This document shows, in pieces, positions 23,949 to 36,680 of a stretch of 64,000 nucleotides of DNA. The notes below the pieces were generated by a model that saw only the letters and a program-made list of their open reading frames with translations, was not told where the DNA came from and did no database searches. The stretch is taken from NCBI GenBank assembly GCA_013239625.1, contig MU056703.1, positions 1,973,185 to 2,037,184 on the forward strand, in the 5' to 3' direction. The DNA is from Lama guanicoe. Lineage: Eukaryota. Positions within the stretch are counted from its first letter, which is position 1. Each line of letters opens with the position of its first letter. A program made the position numbers and the translations under genes.

Positions 23949-26900
23949 GTGGAGTCTGGATCAAACACCTAAAATTAGAGGACAGCTCTGACCACATGAC
24001 TAGTGTGAACCACCAAGGAGCTGATGGAAACCGTGTCCTCCCCGCCTGCCCAGCCACTGGGCCCTGGAGGAGAGCGGGTGCCCGCACTCCCGGGCTGATG
24101 ACACCCCACCTGTCCCTGGTCCCCGCCGGCCACGTGTCTGGCACAGGCAACGCACACCCAGTTGGGAACCCCTCAGAGAAGGTCCCGTCTCCTCGCCTGT
24201 GTTCTGGGCCAGCCCACGGGGTGGGTGGGAGGGACACTCCAGGGTCTTTGTGTCCCTGCCCTGCACAAGCTGATGCTGGAAATATCCGCTGCTCCCGCAG
24301 ATACTAATTCCCGGTGGAAACTGTCACCCTGATGGAGTGTGAGCATCGCTGGGAGACACTCAGGGAACACAGTTGTCAGATCAGCATCAGGAGTGGAGGC
24401 GCCGGGGGCAGGTGCTGACCGTGTTTGGAAGGGAGGGACTGCGGTGCGGAGGAGATCACAAGCATTTGGCCCCCAGAACCTCAGCGGGGTCATCCCCGCT
24501 GCACTCCTGCGCTGTGTGTGTGTCTCCGGCTGGCCCAGCCTTGCTCCCTCCTGACCGCGGGGCTGAGCAGGGACTTCTCGCCCCCACCCGGGACGCACGC
24601 GCACCCGCAGGCATTCCTTTCCACCATCCCAGCCCCAGACTTACTTGCGTGGTTACTTTTCACTGTTTGTCTCCTGACCCCGGGGTCAGAGTCCCTCCAT
24701 AACCGTCTGAAGGGCGAGGAAAGGGCTTCAGCCCCGGGCGTTGGAGATTGCAGCCTCGGGGTCTTCCCAGAGGTCCCCTTGCTCCTGAGTGTGCACTCTG
24801 CTTCTGTAAAGCAGACACGGAGCCCCGCGCCCAGGGCCCTGGGGGAGCCCAGGGTGCGTGGTCAGTGCGCCAGGATCACAGGGCTGCGGGTCAGCATCAC
24901 CCCGTTTGTCCCAAGAGCAGACGGGAGCTTCGTCCACACCTGGTCTCAGACAGGAGACGCTGCCGCTGGGTCTGCCCTCAGCTCAGGGGAGCCGGGCAGG
25001 GTGACCTCCTGCACCTCCGCACCCGAGACCAGATCGTTCGGGAGATTCCACGAGGCGTTCTGGCCCTTTCCCCCGGAAACCGTAAATACCGTGGACGGAA
25101 TTTCTCTTTCAGAAGCACTGTGGGCTGTGAATTTGAAATGAGCCGTGTGACCAGGTTCAAACTTTTATAAACAAAGTCGTGTGTCATTAAACTTCCTGAC
25201 CAATAGCACCGTGTTATTCATCTTTTTGTGAAAAACATCCTGGCAGATTCTCAGCAACGAGCCCACCTGATGGCTTAGACTCGGTGTTTTGCCCCAGGAC
25301 GTGGTAATACAGATTATCAGAACGAGGCTAAGTGTATGTTACCTGGTAGTAAAAGAAATAATTGTTAACAATTAGATAATTATCAGACTGTGTCCTGATT
25401 CTGATACCACAAATGAGAAGAGTCATGAAAATAGATACAATTGAAAAATTATTTATTACTTTTTTTTTAACGTGCCACACATACAAAAAGAGAAAGAGGA
25501 TGAGAGTTCGGGGTCTGCTTAACAAAAGAAGGTGTCTTCTGACAGACGATGGCAGGGAGGGGGCAGAGCCAGGGTGCTGGGGGGCAGGCGGCCCAGCCGG
25601 CGGGCTCCCTGGGTTGGCAGCTGGAGCAAATGGCTCGGAGCTGGAAGGTGCTTGGGTTCCAATTCATGCAGAACGAGCTTTCAGGGGGAAGGTGTGTGTG
25701 TCCAAGATGCCACGGGGAGATCACTTAACCTCCCTGCACCTCAGCTTCCCGACCATAAACTCCCCCGGCAGGGAAGGCGGCGTCTGAGTCAGCTGTCACT
25801 GCCCCCAAAAGACACAAGAAAGACCCACTTTCGCAGCCCCTGCGTGTGCCCCGTCCTCGCGGCCGCCGTCATTTACGGACTTCCTGATTGTGCAGAACAT
25901 GGGTTCGGGGGATTCGACGGGGAGCGCGTGGCACACAGTGAGTTTGTTCGCGGTGTGTCGTGTGTGTGTTTTGAGGATTGCATAGTCCAGTTTTTTTTTG
26001 TTTACAATTTTTTTAATGTTGCGCCCAACATGAGGCTGTGTCATTCTGGTATCTTCTGAGTAGCAAAAATAAACAGTAACAACATTTTAAAGACGCTTGA
26101 GGTGCTGGGAAAATGTAGTCCTTTAAGAACTCCAGTTCAGTGTCCTTGTTCTTCTCCTTTCGTCACAGACTGATGGACACTGCCTGCAGGCTCGGGGTGT
26201 GGAGCAGCCCACCCACGTGGCTGGAGTGGGGAGGCACTTCAAAATGTCCCACAGTCAGAGCATGAGCTGAGTGGTGGGGATCACACACACGGAGTGTGGA
26301 TGCGACTGTGCACAGCCAGCCCAGCCGTGGGAGGCGGTGAGAGGCTCAAAACAGGGTCTTCCTGGCTGTCAGACGTACACAACTGCCTGTTTGCAAAGAG
26401 ATAAGCTCTAAGCTATTGTCGGAAGTCTCAGAGCCAGAGGGACAATTTCTCATGAAGCAGGGGGAGGAGCAAGACCTGAGCTGAGTTTTGGAGAAAGGGA
26501 GGGGCTTGAATTGATGGGAGAAGCAGTAGGATTGGTTTGTGGGAGGCTCAGAGGGGCCCAGGGTGCTGTTCTGGATGGAGAGATGCCACCACACACGGGG
26601 GGACGGGGGCTGTTGGGCGTCAGGTTTTAGTATCATTTTGATTCTTACAGTGAATGCAATCACTACGTCCTTCTGTAAGGTGAGAAACGGGCGATCTAAG
26701 GGCAAGATGCTTCCTGAAGAACCTGAGGGAGGTACCAGGACCGAGGCGGGTCACTAGCCTGCTTTTGAAGGCAGGTAGAGGGAAGCGGGGGTGGACAACA
26801 GAGCAGATCTAGGACTTGGAGCAAGAAAAGGAAGAGCGGACCTGAGTGACCAGACACGGCCACACCGCCCGCTCGGTTGTCCTAGGCTGCCTTTGTACCG

Positions 26901-29339
26901 TGGCACCGAGTGAGCAGTTGCAACAGAAAGAATAGCCAAAAACAGCTGCCTCTGGCCCTTTACAGAAGCCGTTTGCCAGCTGGGACTAAGACGTGCTCTG
27001 TAAACAAGATGTAATTTACACGAAGTACTTCCTGGTTGTCAGAAGCGCGTCTAGGGTGGAGCACCTGCTTTCCTGCTTTATGAGGCTCCTCCCGACTCTT
27101 GGTGGCACAGGGAGGCTCCGGAAGGAGCATCCTAATGTGGTCATTTGAACCAGAGCTTGGCCGAACAAGGGGCTGCGGTGAAAGGTGGAGACGTGGGGAG
27201 AGAGGAGAGTCCTCCCGAAGCCGCAGTGCCATGAGCGTCAGCAGGGAATCCTGCCTGCAAGGAGGACGCGTGGATGATGTGGGAAACCAGCACCTGAGAG
27301 ACGGGGACCAAGGAGACGGAGGGCGTGAGGAAGGTGGCACCAGGTGGGGTTCGGGAGAGTCCCCCGAATGGGAGGAGTCTGCAGGGGACACAGGTGGGCG
27401 GGGTCACGTTCGAGCGGGTGCTGTCTGGGTCTGCCTCAGCACACAGCCCAAATTCTCGCACTGGGGCTCCGGTTACCTGCTCCCTTAGGGTCACCCCTGA
27501 GCCATCCACCAGGGCCAGGAGCTGGATGGAACCGCGTCGTCCTGGACCCCTGAAGACAGATGAAGCATAGGCGTACTGAACATACCTCCGCGGTTTCTGA
27601 CTTGGAGGCCTGGCGATAATTTTGATAATCATCCAAATTGATCAAAAATTATCAAAATTTTGAGTACAAATACAAGTTGCCACTGTGTAAAAATAAGTAC
27701 AAATCCTCATGGTATGGCCATGGAGAAGGGTCTCTCTTGCAGGTTTTGTTGCGGAATGTGCACGTTCTGTGTGCGTTTAGGGTTAATCTCACTGCTGTTT
27801 CCTGGTGCTTCTCCAAACCTTATTTAAAACATAATTAAGATAATACGCTCGATTGCAGCAGAAAAAAATACGAAATGAGTCGAATAGTGAGAGAAAAGAA
27901 ATTGCACCATATGGTTCTGCCATTACCGAGGTCTACCCTAAACACAGACTCCTAGCAAAATGTATTGAAAAACAGTTCCTTCTTACATGCATAAAAGTTA
28001 CTTTCATGCAGTAACCTGACACCGTGGTCCCATTTCTTTTTCTTTTCGGCAGGGGTTGTGAGAAAGAAATAAACGTGGAGTTCGTACGGGGTGGGAAAGG
28101 GGTGACTCGAACCGCCAAACCTCTCAGCGCTCCCCGAGGTGGAGCTCGCTGAAGTGAGACCAGCTCAGACGCCGTGTGTCCACGGGCATGACGGTGCCGT
28201 CAGGACGTGGGCACGGGGCTCGCAGTTTGGGGTGGGTGCAGCTTGCCTCCTTTGCAGAGGCAAGTTGAGTAGACGTACTTCTCCCAGGGGCTGCGGGGGC
28301 TGAGTCTCAGCCTTGGGAGGAGGTGACAGGGAGCCTCGGAGAGAACGTTAGCATCTGAAGGAGGCACGCACTTTACAAAACCACATTCTCAAGAGAAAGA
28401 GAGACAGAGAGACTGGGATGTAGATGTGCACGTGTGTGCACACACTTCTCCACAGGACCGAATGAAATCCTCTTTCTTGCTGTGGATGCCTGAGATATAA
28501 ATTTGTGAATGCCGTGTGAAACCTCTCAGGGGCAGTGCGCTTCGGCGTGGCCGGGCCAGCAGGGGTCGATGGTGCCGCGTCACGGGGCCCAGCAGGGAGC
28601 GGGAGTTACGGCAGGGACCACCGGGCACCCCCAGCTGGGGCTGGTGACCCAGCCACAGCCTTTCTCTGTGAAGCACTGGATGTGGGTGGGTCGTCGATGA
28701 CTCACAGGAGGCACCGTCCACGTCCCACCTGCCGATCCACCTGGCTGCCAGCCGTCGAGTCAGCCCCAGAATTGCCTCACATTATGGTTTCCGTGTCGGA
28801 TCTCACCAGGCTACTCCCAAAGTGTAGCATTTCTCATGGGCCAGCTTTGGTATCAGGGAGGGTGATGGCTGTTCAATGGGCAGAGTTCTTAGAAAGAAGA
28901 GAATAAAACCTTAATCCTGCCCTCGGCCCAGCTGATTAACAAATCAAATGGCTTTGTCCTTAGTTGAGACACTGAATTTCTGGCCTCCAGATTCTCGTCA
29001 GTGAAGAAAACCTTGAATTCTGTTTCCTAACCCTTCTGAAATGCCCAGGGGGGAGAAGCGATATTTATGGAGGATTGTGTGAAGGACACGAAGTCCATAA
29101 ATTCCCCCGGCTGGCTTACATTTACCCTTGGATCACAACGCGCTGCGGGAGGGCGATATATCTGAGCTGCCTGATTGGGGCCCTCCGTGGAATTGCTTCT
29201 TTGTGCTCTGCTCTGCACTGGTTTTTGTTTTTAATTGAATGAAGGATAATTTTGAGAAACAGATAATGCGTGAGTTCGGTGCGTGCATGTGTGTGTAGAA
29301 AAAGTCGTGCTGGTGCCGGGAGAGGATTCACGAGGGCCG

Positions 29340-29475
29340 TTTATTAAGGTGCAGATTCCCGTCTCCGCCAGTGGTTCTGTTTGGGGTGGAGTTGGGGGCC
29401 CTGCATTCTTCAAGATGTTAATGGTGATTCTGATGCCAAGGGTCTGTGGTGAAACTTAGAAAAAGATCGCCTTCG
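29340..29475. mobile_element. MER5-like DNA transposon remnant
   Basis: attaaggtgcagattccc...tggggtgg...cctgcattctt...ggtgattctgatgc are characteristic MER5A/B blocks. Confidence 0.65.
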
Positions 29476-32400
29476 AGAACCTAGAGGAGGCTCTGGATTC
29501 TAACTCTAGAAAAATTAGTACATGCACAGCCCAAACTCTGAGCACAATTCCAAGAGAATCAAGAGGATCCCCATGGATGTCAAATTAAACCCTCGGTTGC
29601 ATAAATGTTTAGGCCATCCAAACACTTGGCCCATTTAAGAGGACACACTAGAAATCTGTCTCCAGGTTTCAGGTCAGTAAGACCAGCGCTGTTCCAGAAG
29701 AAGCGGATTGCTTTTATTTTATGATTATTGTAAATCTTGTTGGAGATGGTGATTTCTTTGCATTGGTGACAGGGAAGCTCTTCTCTAACTGTGCACCCAC
29801 CTCCAGCTGATGGACGGGATGTTCACATTGTTGCAGTGCACCTGTGTGGCTCCTATGTTATTGGCCTAGTCCAATTTCTCCTTGCTATTACTCAAAAATT
29901 TTTTATCTTTTTGTATTGTATTTATGAAAGAGGAAAGAGATAACCAGTTAAATTATTATTTTGAATTAGCAAACCTATTAGTAGTTAAAACCGGCATAGT
30001 GGTAGCAAGACTTGGCTTGGGACTCACCATCATTTGTGTCATAGCCCTTTCTGATCACGATGGAAATGGAGTTTCTACTGGAGCCATCACGGCTCAGCAG
30101 AGCCAGTTCCACTCCCTATAACGTGCAGAAAAGAGACAAACACACCAGCATTTTGGTTTATGTAACACGTAATTAGGTTAAAAACTTTGCAGAGCACAGG
30201 AGGAAAACCCCAAAAGCAAGAGGCACCAGGCAGGCAACCTGACATGAGGGAGGCCGTGTGGTGTGTGAATACAGAGGGTGGAGCGGCGGCCGGAACCGGA
30301 TCTGGGATCTGGACTTGGGACGAGTCATGATTAAGAAGTAGGGACAGAGGAACGACAACTAACTGCAGTTTTTCTAAGAAGTCAAAACTCTTTTTAGGCA
30401 GACACATCCAAATAGAGCGCACGGTGCCACGTAAAACACACAGCGAGTGTGGGCTGTCATCTAAAATATCTAGGAGGCTACAGAGGTCACCTCTTGGTGT
30501 GGACGGAGAGGCCCGCGTGAGAGTGAGCGATGGGAGATCAGAAACCAGACGGGAGGGACGCATGATGGCAGAGGAGGGCCCGGCATGAAGGGCCGGGGTG
30601 GCGTCTGCAGGGCCAGCGGACTCACGGCCCACAGGGGACCGGAGGAGTTCACTGTCTGGATTTCAAACTACAGGTGTTGTATTATTTCCTAAACTGATGT
30701 TACACCAGGGTGTTTATTTTGGCTTGGATGGGGTCTTGCCCTGTGATCACATGGAGAGACCAGACCTACACGACCGCACTTACCCGTCAGGCGAGTCCCG
30801 GGAGAACCACGGAGGAGCTACTCACTCGGGTTCGCTGTGACGGTGCGCGTTCTGTGAGACGTCGTGCTAAAAGGTGTCTTGAAAACTACCAGGAAGGACT
30901 TGATTTTCTCATTACTGCAAAATAGTCTCTAGGACTTACTGTCTTCCAGTCGCATTTTATCTTGAAGTCAGGACTAGGGAGTTCCATGTATTTTTTTCAA
31001 TGACTTATGCTAACGACATTTAGAACCCGGTTGAAAAGTTTAAATCAGACTTTTTTTCTGACTCCATTCTATACGTTTGCCATTTCGTTGTGAAAGTTTT
31101 CATTGTGTGCTGGTAGCTAACTAAGCACTGAGCTTTACTAAAAGCTGATACGAGGAGATGGCCCTACACCTGCTTAGAAGCTGGGTTTGGTTATGGCTCA
31201 AAGAGACGTGCTGTCCTCACCGTGTGGGGGCGAGACCTGAGGGCTCTCCAGATGCTCCAGACGTCCTGAGGCCGTGACACCGTGGACATCCTCTTTCCCA
31301 AAGAAGCCGTTGCTGAATTTTAATGGCAACATATGTAAAAACACACGCTTACTTATGGAATTTTCTTGGAGGAGATGGAATCCGTATTGTAGGCTCTGGC
31401 GAGAGGCTGCGTTGTCCGCACGGAGCACCTCCACGTCCGCGGTGGTCGCCGGATACGCAGGAGTGGCCGAGAAAACCGCGCTCAGGGATTTCAGTCAGCA
31501 GAGGCTTCTGGTTTGGTGGGGGTGGTAGAAAAGGCGACTTGTCTTGAAGCTGAACTCACCCACCGGGCATACTCTTTATGAGATTGTAATGTGACTTGGG
31601 GTGCATGGCGGGCATTTGGGAGGTCAGAGCCCCTGTCTCTTCCCGTGGCTCAGCCTGCATTTCTTGGCCAGGAGTGGGGAGCAAAGCTCACTCTGTCTGT
31701 ACGGTCATTGAATCGTTGTGAGAGGACACTCTGCTGTGGTCACCTGGCTGCAGCAAGGTGCCCTCTTTCAGAAGAAGCAGCGCGGAAGGGTCCCTGGCAG
31801 TTGGGGTTCTGCCAAGCTGGAAACAACCGTCAGCAGGCTTTAGTCTCCCGCGTGGGCCGCTGCCCCCGGAGCGCTGTCTTAGTCCACGGATTTTAAAAAA
31901 TAAAACACAGGGTCGTTTCCACTGGGCGTTCATCACTGGGCTGTTACTGTGGCTTTCGTAATGAAACAGCGGTTCTCTGGCCAGTGCAGGGTCTCAGTTT
32001 ACTGCGGGCGTGCACACACACAGGCACACGTATTTACAGGTAAACAAGCAGCAGAAGGCTGGGCGGCAGCGCTGTTTCAAAGGCAGCTGGTTAACCTCGG
32101 CCCCAGCGCTGGTTTTCAGGAGACACGGCTGCCGTCTGGAAAGATACGCTCAGTCCGCCCCAGCCTTTGAAGTCTGCACGTCGGAGGATAAACCACGGAG
32201 TGGAGGGCAGACTCGGGGCAGGGCCGCCCCTGCCGCACGAGCACCGCGTGCACGCCTGCGGGTGCGTGAGCGACCCAGTCAGCTCATGAGGAAGCAGGTC
32301 CGACGGGCCACTGAGGGCACGAGCAGGCACCGCGAAGTGCGGGCGCACGTCCCTTCTCCTGCTTCCGTCCTTGGTGACTCACAGGCACTCGGCACCCTGA

Positions 32401-33084
32401 CCTTGCCCGGCCCCACACGCTCACGTGGTCATTGCTCTGACCTGAATCTGTCGTGGTCTAAGGCAGGACACGCAGACTTGCTGCAAAAGCACACCCACAG
32501 AAATGAACAAAAGCTGGAATAAACCCACCCAGGAATTAGCGAAGAACAAGGAGTTTACATTCTTCTCTCACTCACACCACTTGGGGCTGCATAATCACTT
32601 CCACCGTCAGACAGCAAAGGAAATGCCGTGATCCGTGCTGTGTCGCCAAAAACGTGAGTCCTGATGCTTCAGTCCGGAGCCAATGTTGTGACTTAGCCAA
32701 AACGTGCACGAGGCAGTCACGGCGGCACGGACCGAAGGTTCGGATGATTTTAAATCTGCGTTGTGTCACGACCTTGTGGCCTGTCCGTGTTCGTGAATCA
32801 AAGCCACACCGTGTTGGGAGCAGCCAGGATGGTCTGGTCTGGCCACGAGCTTCCGTCGGTCTGAGCTCGGTGTAACGACACTGTGGCCCTTGGCATGAAG
32901 CCCAGACACCTGGTCTCGTCCCGCGGAAGTCCCATTCCCTTTCTGAGCCCCCTCCCTGCCCCGACTCCGGCTCCCTGCGCCCCCGCTGTCCCTGCACCTC
33001 CCTTGGTGGGACACACCACACTCATGCCCACCAGCGTGGGGGACAATGTCCCTGATCCACAAAATGACCTCCCTTCCCAGCCTG

Positions 33085-33428
33085 GTCTCAGGAGAGCCAC
33101 CGTCACTGAGTCACATTTCTCCCCACCACCTGGAGAGGGTGCACAGTTCCCCCCAAAGCCCTGGGGGGTCCTTCCCGCTACCCTGGCTTCGGGGGTGGGC
33201 GACATCACCTCGTCTCTGCCTTCATCCTGTCGGGATGGTCTCCTGTGTCTGTGTCTTCCTATAAGGACGTCAGTCGTGTTGGACCAGGGTCCACCCTCCT
33301 CCACTGTGATCCTGTCCCCTTAACTGATTCCATCTGCGGTGACCCCCTTTCCAAATAAGGTCACATTCTGAGGCTCTGGGGGCAGGACTTCCACGTAGCT
33401 CCCGGGGAGCACAGCTCCACCCACGGCA
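33085..33428 (-). mobile_element. MaLR LTR remnant, MLT1C-like
   Basis: catcacctcgtctctgccttcatc...tgtgtctgtgtcttcctataaggac...ttaactgattccatctgc...tttccaaataaggtcacattctgagg...cccacggca. Confidence 0.85.
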
Positions 33429-34251
33429 GCCACTCCATACAAGGAGCCCCGGTCCCATCAGTGGCCTGGCTTCCCTTCGCTGTGCAGGACTTTCTGCCCC
33501 ACTGCCCTCGCTCACCTACCTGCCCGGTTTACTCTGTCTCTGCTGCAAAACTGTAAAGTCCGGGAGAGGGAGACCCGTTTGTGCCTTCTCTCCGCTCAGG
33601 TCCTAGAAAAACGGGAGACCCAAAAGCAGGCACAGAATGAGCGGATGGTGCTTGAATCACAAAGTAAACTTGCTGACAGTGTGAGAGCTGGTGGCACATT
33701 GACACGTGCACAGGAGCAGCAGTGACCCTCGCTTGGCAGCATTTCACAGATTTAACCAGCTTTCTCCGTGCCTCTCCTGTGATTTTTACACCAGCCCGTT
33801 GGCCGAGCGAGGAGGTACTGTCAGCTTTCTGGTCCGGACGGCACAGGCAGGGGAGCGTCCCGCGGCTCTGCTCTGCTCTTCTCGCCTCCCCTCTCTCCTC
33901 TCCTGAGCTACGATCACAGGCCGGCTCCTCACCTCGCGGAGGGCCGCGTGGCTTTAGGAAAAGATAACGAATGTAGACCCCACGTCCGGGGAGGTCGTGC
34001 AGCCGTCCAGTCTGAGCCTGTTCACTCCACTTCGTTCTCTGTAAAACTCACATCTCAGTTTGGGGCTTTGTACTGGTTGCCCTGCTCACTGTCAGGCAGA
34101 AAGACAGCTGAGGGGACAAGATGCCGAACCAAAGGGTGGGCTTCCAGTGGGAACGCACCACGACGGCTGCCCCTTTCCCCGTGTTCACAGGAGTTACGTA
34201 AGAACTCGGGGGCAGCACGTCAGTGAGATCGTAAAGCTGGTTAAATCCAAA

Positions 34252-34335
34252 GGATGCATTTCCTGACTAAATACCCAGAGGTGGGATTTCTGGATCCTGC
34301 GGGAGTTCTGTTTTTAATTTTTGAGGCATCTCCTT
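34252..34335 (-). mobile_element. Short L1M 3' fragment
   Basis: taaatacccagaggtgggatttctggatc...gttctgtttttaatttttgaggcatctcc is the reverse complement of the L1 ORF2 3' region. Confidence 0.7.
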
Positions 34336-36624
34336 ACTGGATCAATGAACAAACATCACCAAGTGATGTAGCCAGAACTAGTGCCCTGATGGCCAGATCT
34401 TACAGAATTACGTGGTCACATCCCGCCAAAAGGCGTTGGATCTGTGGGGCTCCTTGAGTAAATGGGTTGCTGCTCAGGTGTCTCTGAGTTACAAGATCAG
34501 GGCATGCGTCTGGCTAGGGGTGAGCAGACTGGGAAACATTTGGCCACAAAAGCTCGCACAGCCCCAAGAAATCTGGAAGAGAGAAAGGTCAGGATTTGAG
34601 CTGCAAGGTTGTCCCAGGAGGCTCGCTGCCAGGGGTCTGGTGCCTGAGCAGAGGGGTCCACCTGTGTGTAACCCAGCAGAGGGTGCCGCCCCATCTCCTC
34701 CACAGGGGGTTGCGAGCTCATGCGACCAGGCCAGAGGGCGCTCCTGACCAAGGAGGAACCACCTCCTGAAATACAGGCCTGTCAGGCGGCCCCTCAAGAA
34801 CCCCCGAAACGTCACGTGTCTCCCACCTAGCGGGCAGCAGATGACCGCATCCCCAGTTGGCAGAAGGAGAGGCTCGGGGACCGTGGACCACACAGTCAGC
34901 CCCGCCAGGGCCTTGAACCCGCAGATAGAGCGGGCGGCCAGTGAGACGTGGGACATCTCTGCTTCCCCATTTAACATCTTCCTCCCCGCAGGTCAAGGGT
35001 GACGGTACCAGACGGGTCCATCAGGCTGACAACGTGGACGACAGCATAGTCTCCGGAGGGAAGTGTGTATCTGACGGGCCCACGGTGTCGCGGGCGGCAG
35101 TTTGGTGGCACCGGGCCTTCGTCTGTGCTTACAGGGATTTGGCAGTGCCGTCCCAGGGCTCTCTGGAGGGAAGGCCCCCGTGAAGACTTCCGCCCGCGGC
35201 CAAGTGCAGGGCCCGCGGCACGCCACGCTGCGCCATGCTGCTCAGCCCCCTCGGGGGCTGTGGACAGACACTGCCAACTTCATCTTCTGGATCGTTTCTG
35301 AGTATGAGTCAAAAGGCAGCGCCAACAGAATTTTTGAACGTGCGTTTTTTTCACCAAATCTAAGATGAGTGTATCTTTTAAAAGAATTTGCCTCAAAAAT
35401 ATACAATATCTTATAAATTATGGATTAATCCTACATTTGAGAAGTTTTATATATACAAAGGAATGGATACTTTACATTAAATGTTTTCATGACCCAAATG
35501 AAGAAACAAAAATATAACCTCTCTTATAATTTCTGCAATTTTTAAAAAATGAATTGATAGATTAATATTTAAATTAGCACAGTGGGAAGATTCCAGTCTG
35601 CTCTAAATTCAGTGAATTCCCTTCCGTCTGTTTCCGTTTTTCCGTCCTCCTCTCTGGAGTCACAGCTGGCTCTGCTCACACCAAGGGCTGCCCTTTGTGC
35701 CTACAGTCGGCGGAGGGCCACGGCCTCTGCTTTTATTCCCTGACGCCTCTCGAGTCTGCGGGTGCGCACCTGCGCCTGGTTAACACGTGGACTCAACTAC
35801 AGACGTCCTTCTGTACATTTTATCTTCAGACAGCTTACCTGAACCTTGCCTATGACAGTATACTACGTGCATTTTCCTGTTTTGTTTTCTTTCTAAGTCG
35901 GACTGTGTCTCAGCAGTAAGTCAGAGGTCACGGCGGAGTCCTGTGACCTCCAGCTCAGCAGCTACAGTCCGTCAGCCTGGGGGCGGTCCGAGCAGGGGCC
36001 AGGCCCGGGCTTCGAGTGCCCCTCTGCCCTTGCTCCTGAGAGTTTCAGAGATTCCACAGCCTGCGCCGGACTCTCCCTTGTCGCCGTGGGTTTGCACAGC
36101 GAGCGGCCAGCTCACCGCATGGTGGTGTGTCTGTGTGTGATGTGCGCAGAGTAGCTTTAGTTAGCGAGGTGTTTCTGTTTTCTTTTTCTTTTCGTCGTTC
36201 AAACCATTTGCAACCAAACAGCTCAAGTAATTTAAGTGTTAAGTCTTTCCCAGCCTTTACTTTGCATCAGAATCAACCTAGGACTTTTAAAACCTTTTAC
36301 CTGAGTCCCGCTCAGCGACTGGGTTTGATTTTGAAGGTTTGCTACCCAAGGTGCGGACCAAGACCGAAGGGAGCAGGAGCCAAGACCCGCCAGCCCCGGG
36401 GCTCGGCAGCACTGCCTGCAGGGCGGTGTGCGCCTCTGCAGCCCGCGCCCCACGTGACTCTGAAGCACACGGAGGCCTGGGAGCCAGAAATCCCCGTGAG
36501 CACAGGCTGAGCTGAAAACTAAGAGAAAGTTCTGTGCGTCCCCCTTCCTCCCCGACCCAGGCCCAGACCTCCACGCCCACCTTCACGGATCTAAATTCAG
36601 CAGTTTTCGCTGTGCTCTTGGCAT

Positions 36625-36680
36625 TTTAAGTCTAGATTTCTGGTTTCCCCTGGAGTATCCGGCAGTTCTGGCCACGCCCC
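36625..36680. mobile_element. Possible MER102-like fragment
   Basis: agatttctggtttcccctggagtatccggcagttctggccac resembles the MER102 internal block. Short and diverged. Confidence 0.35.
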
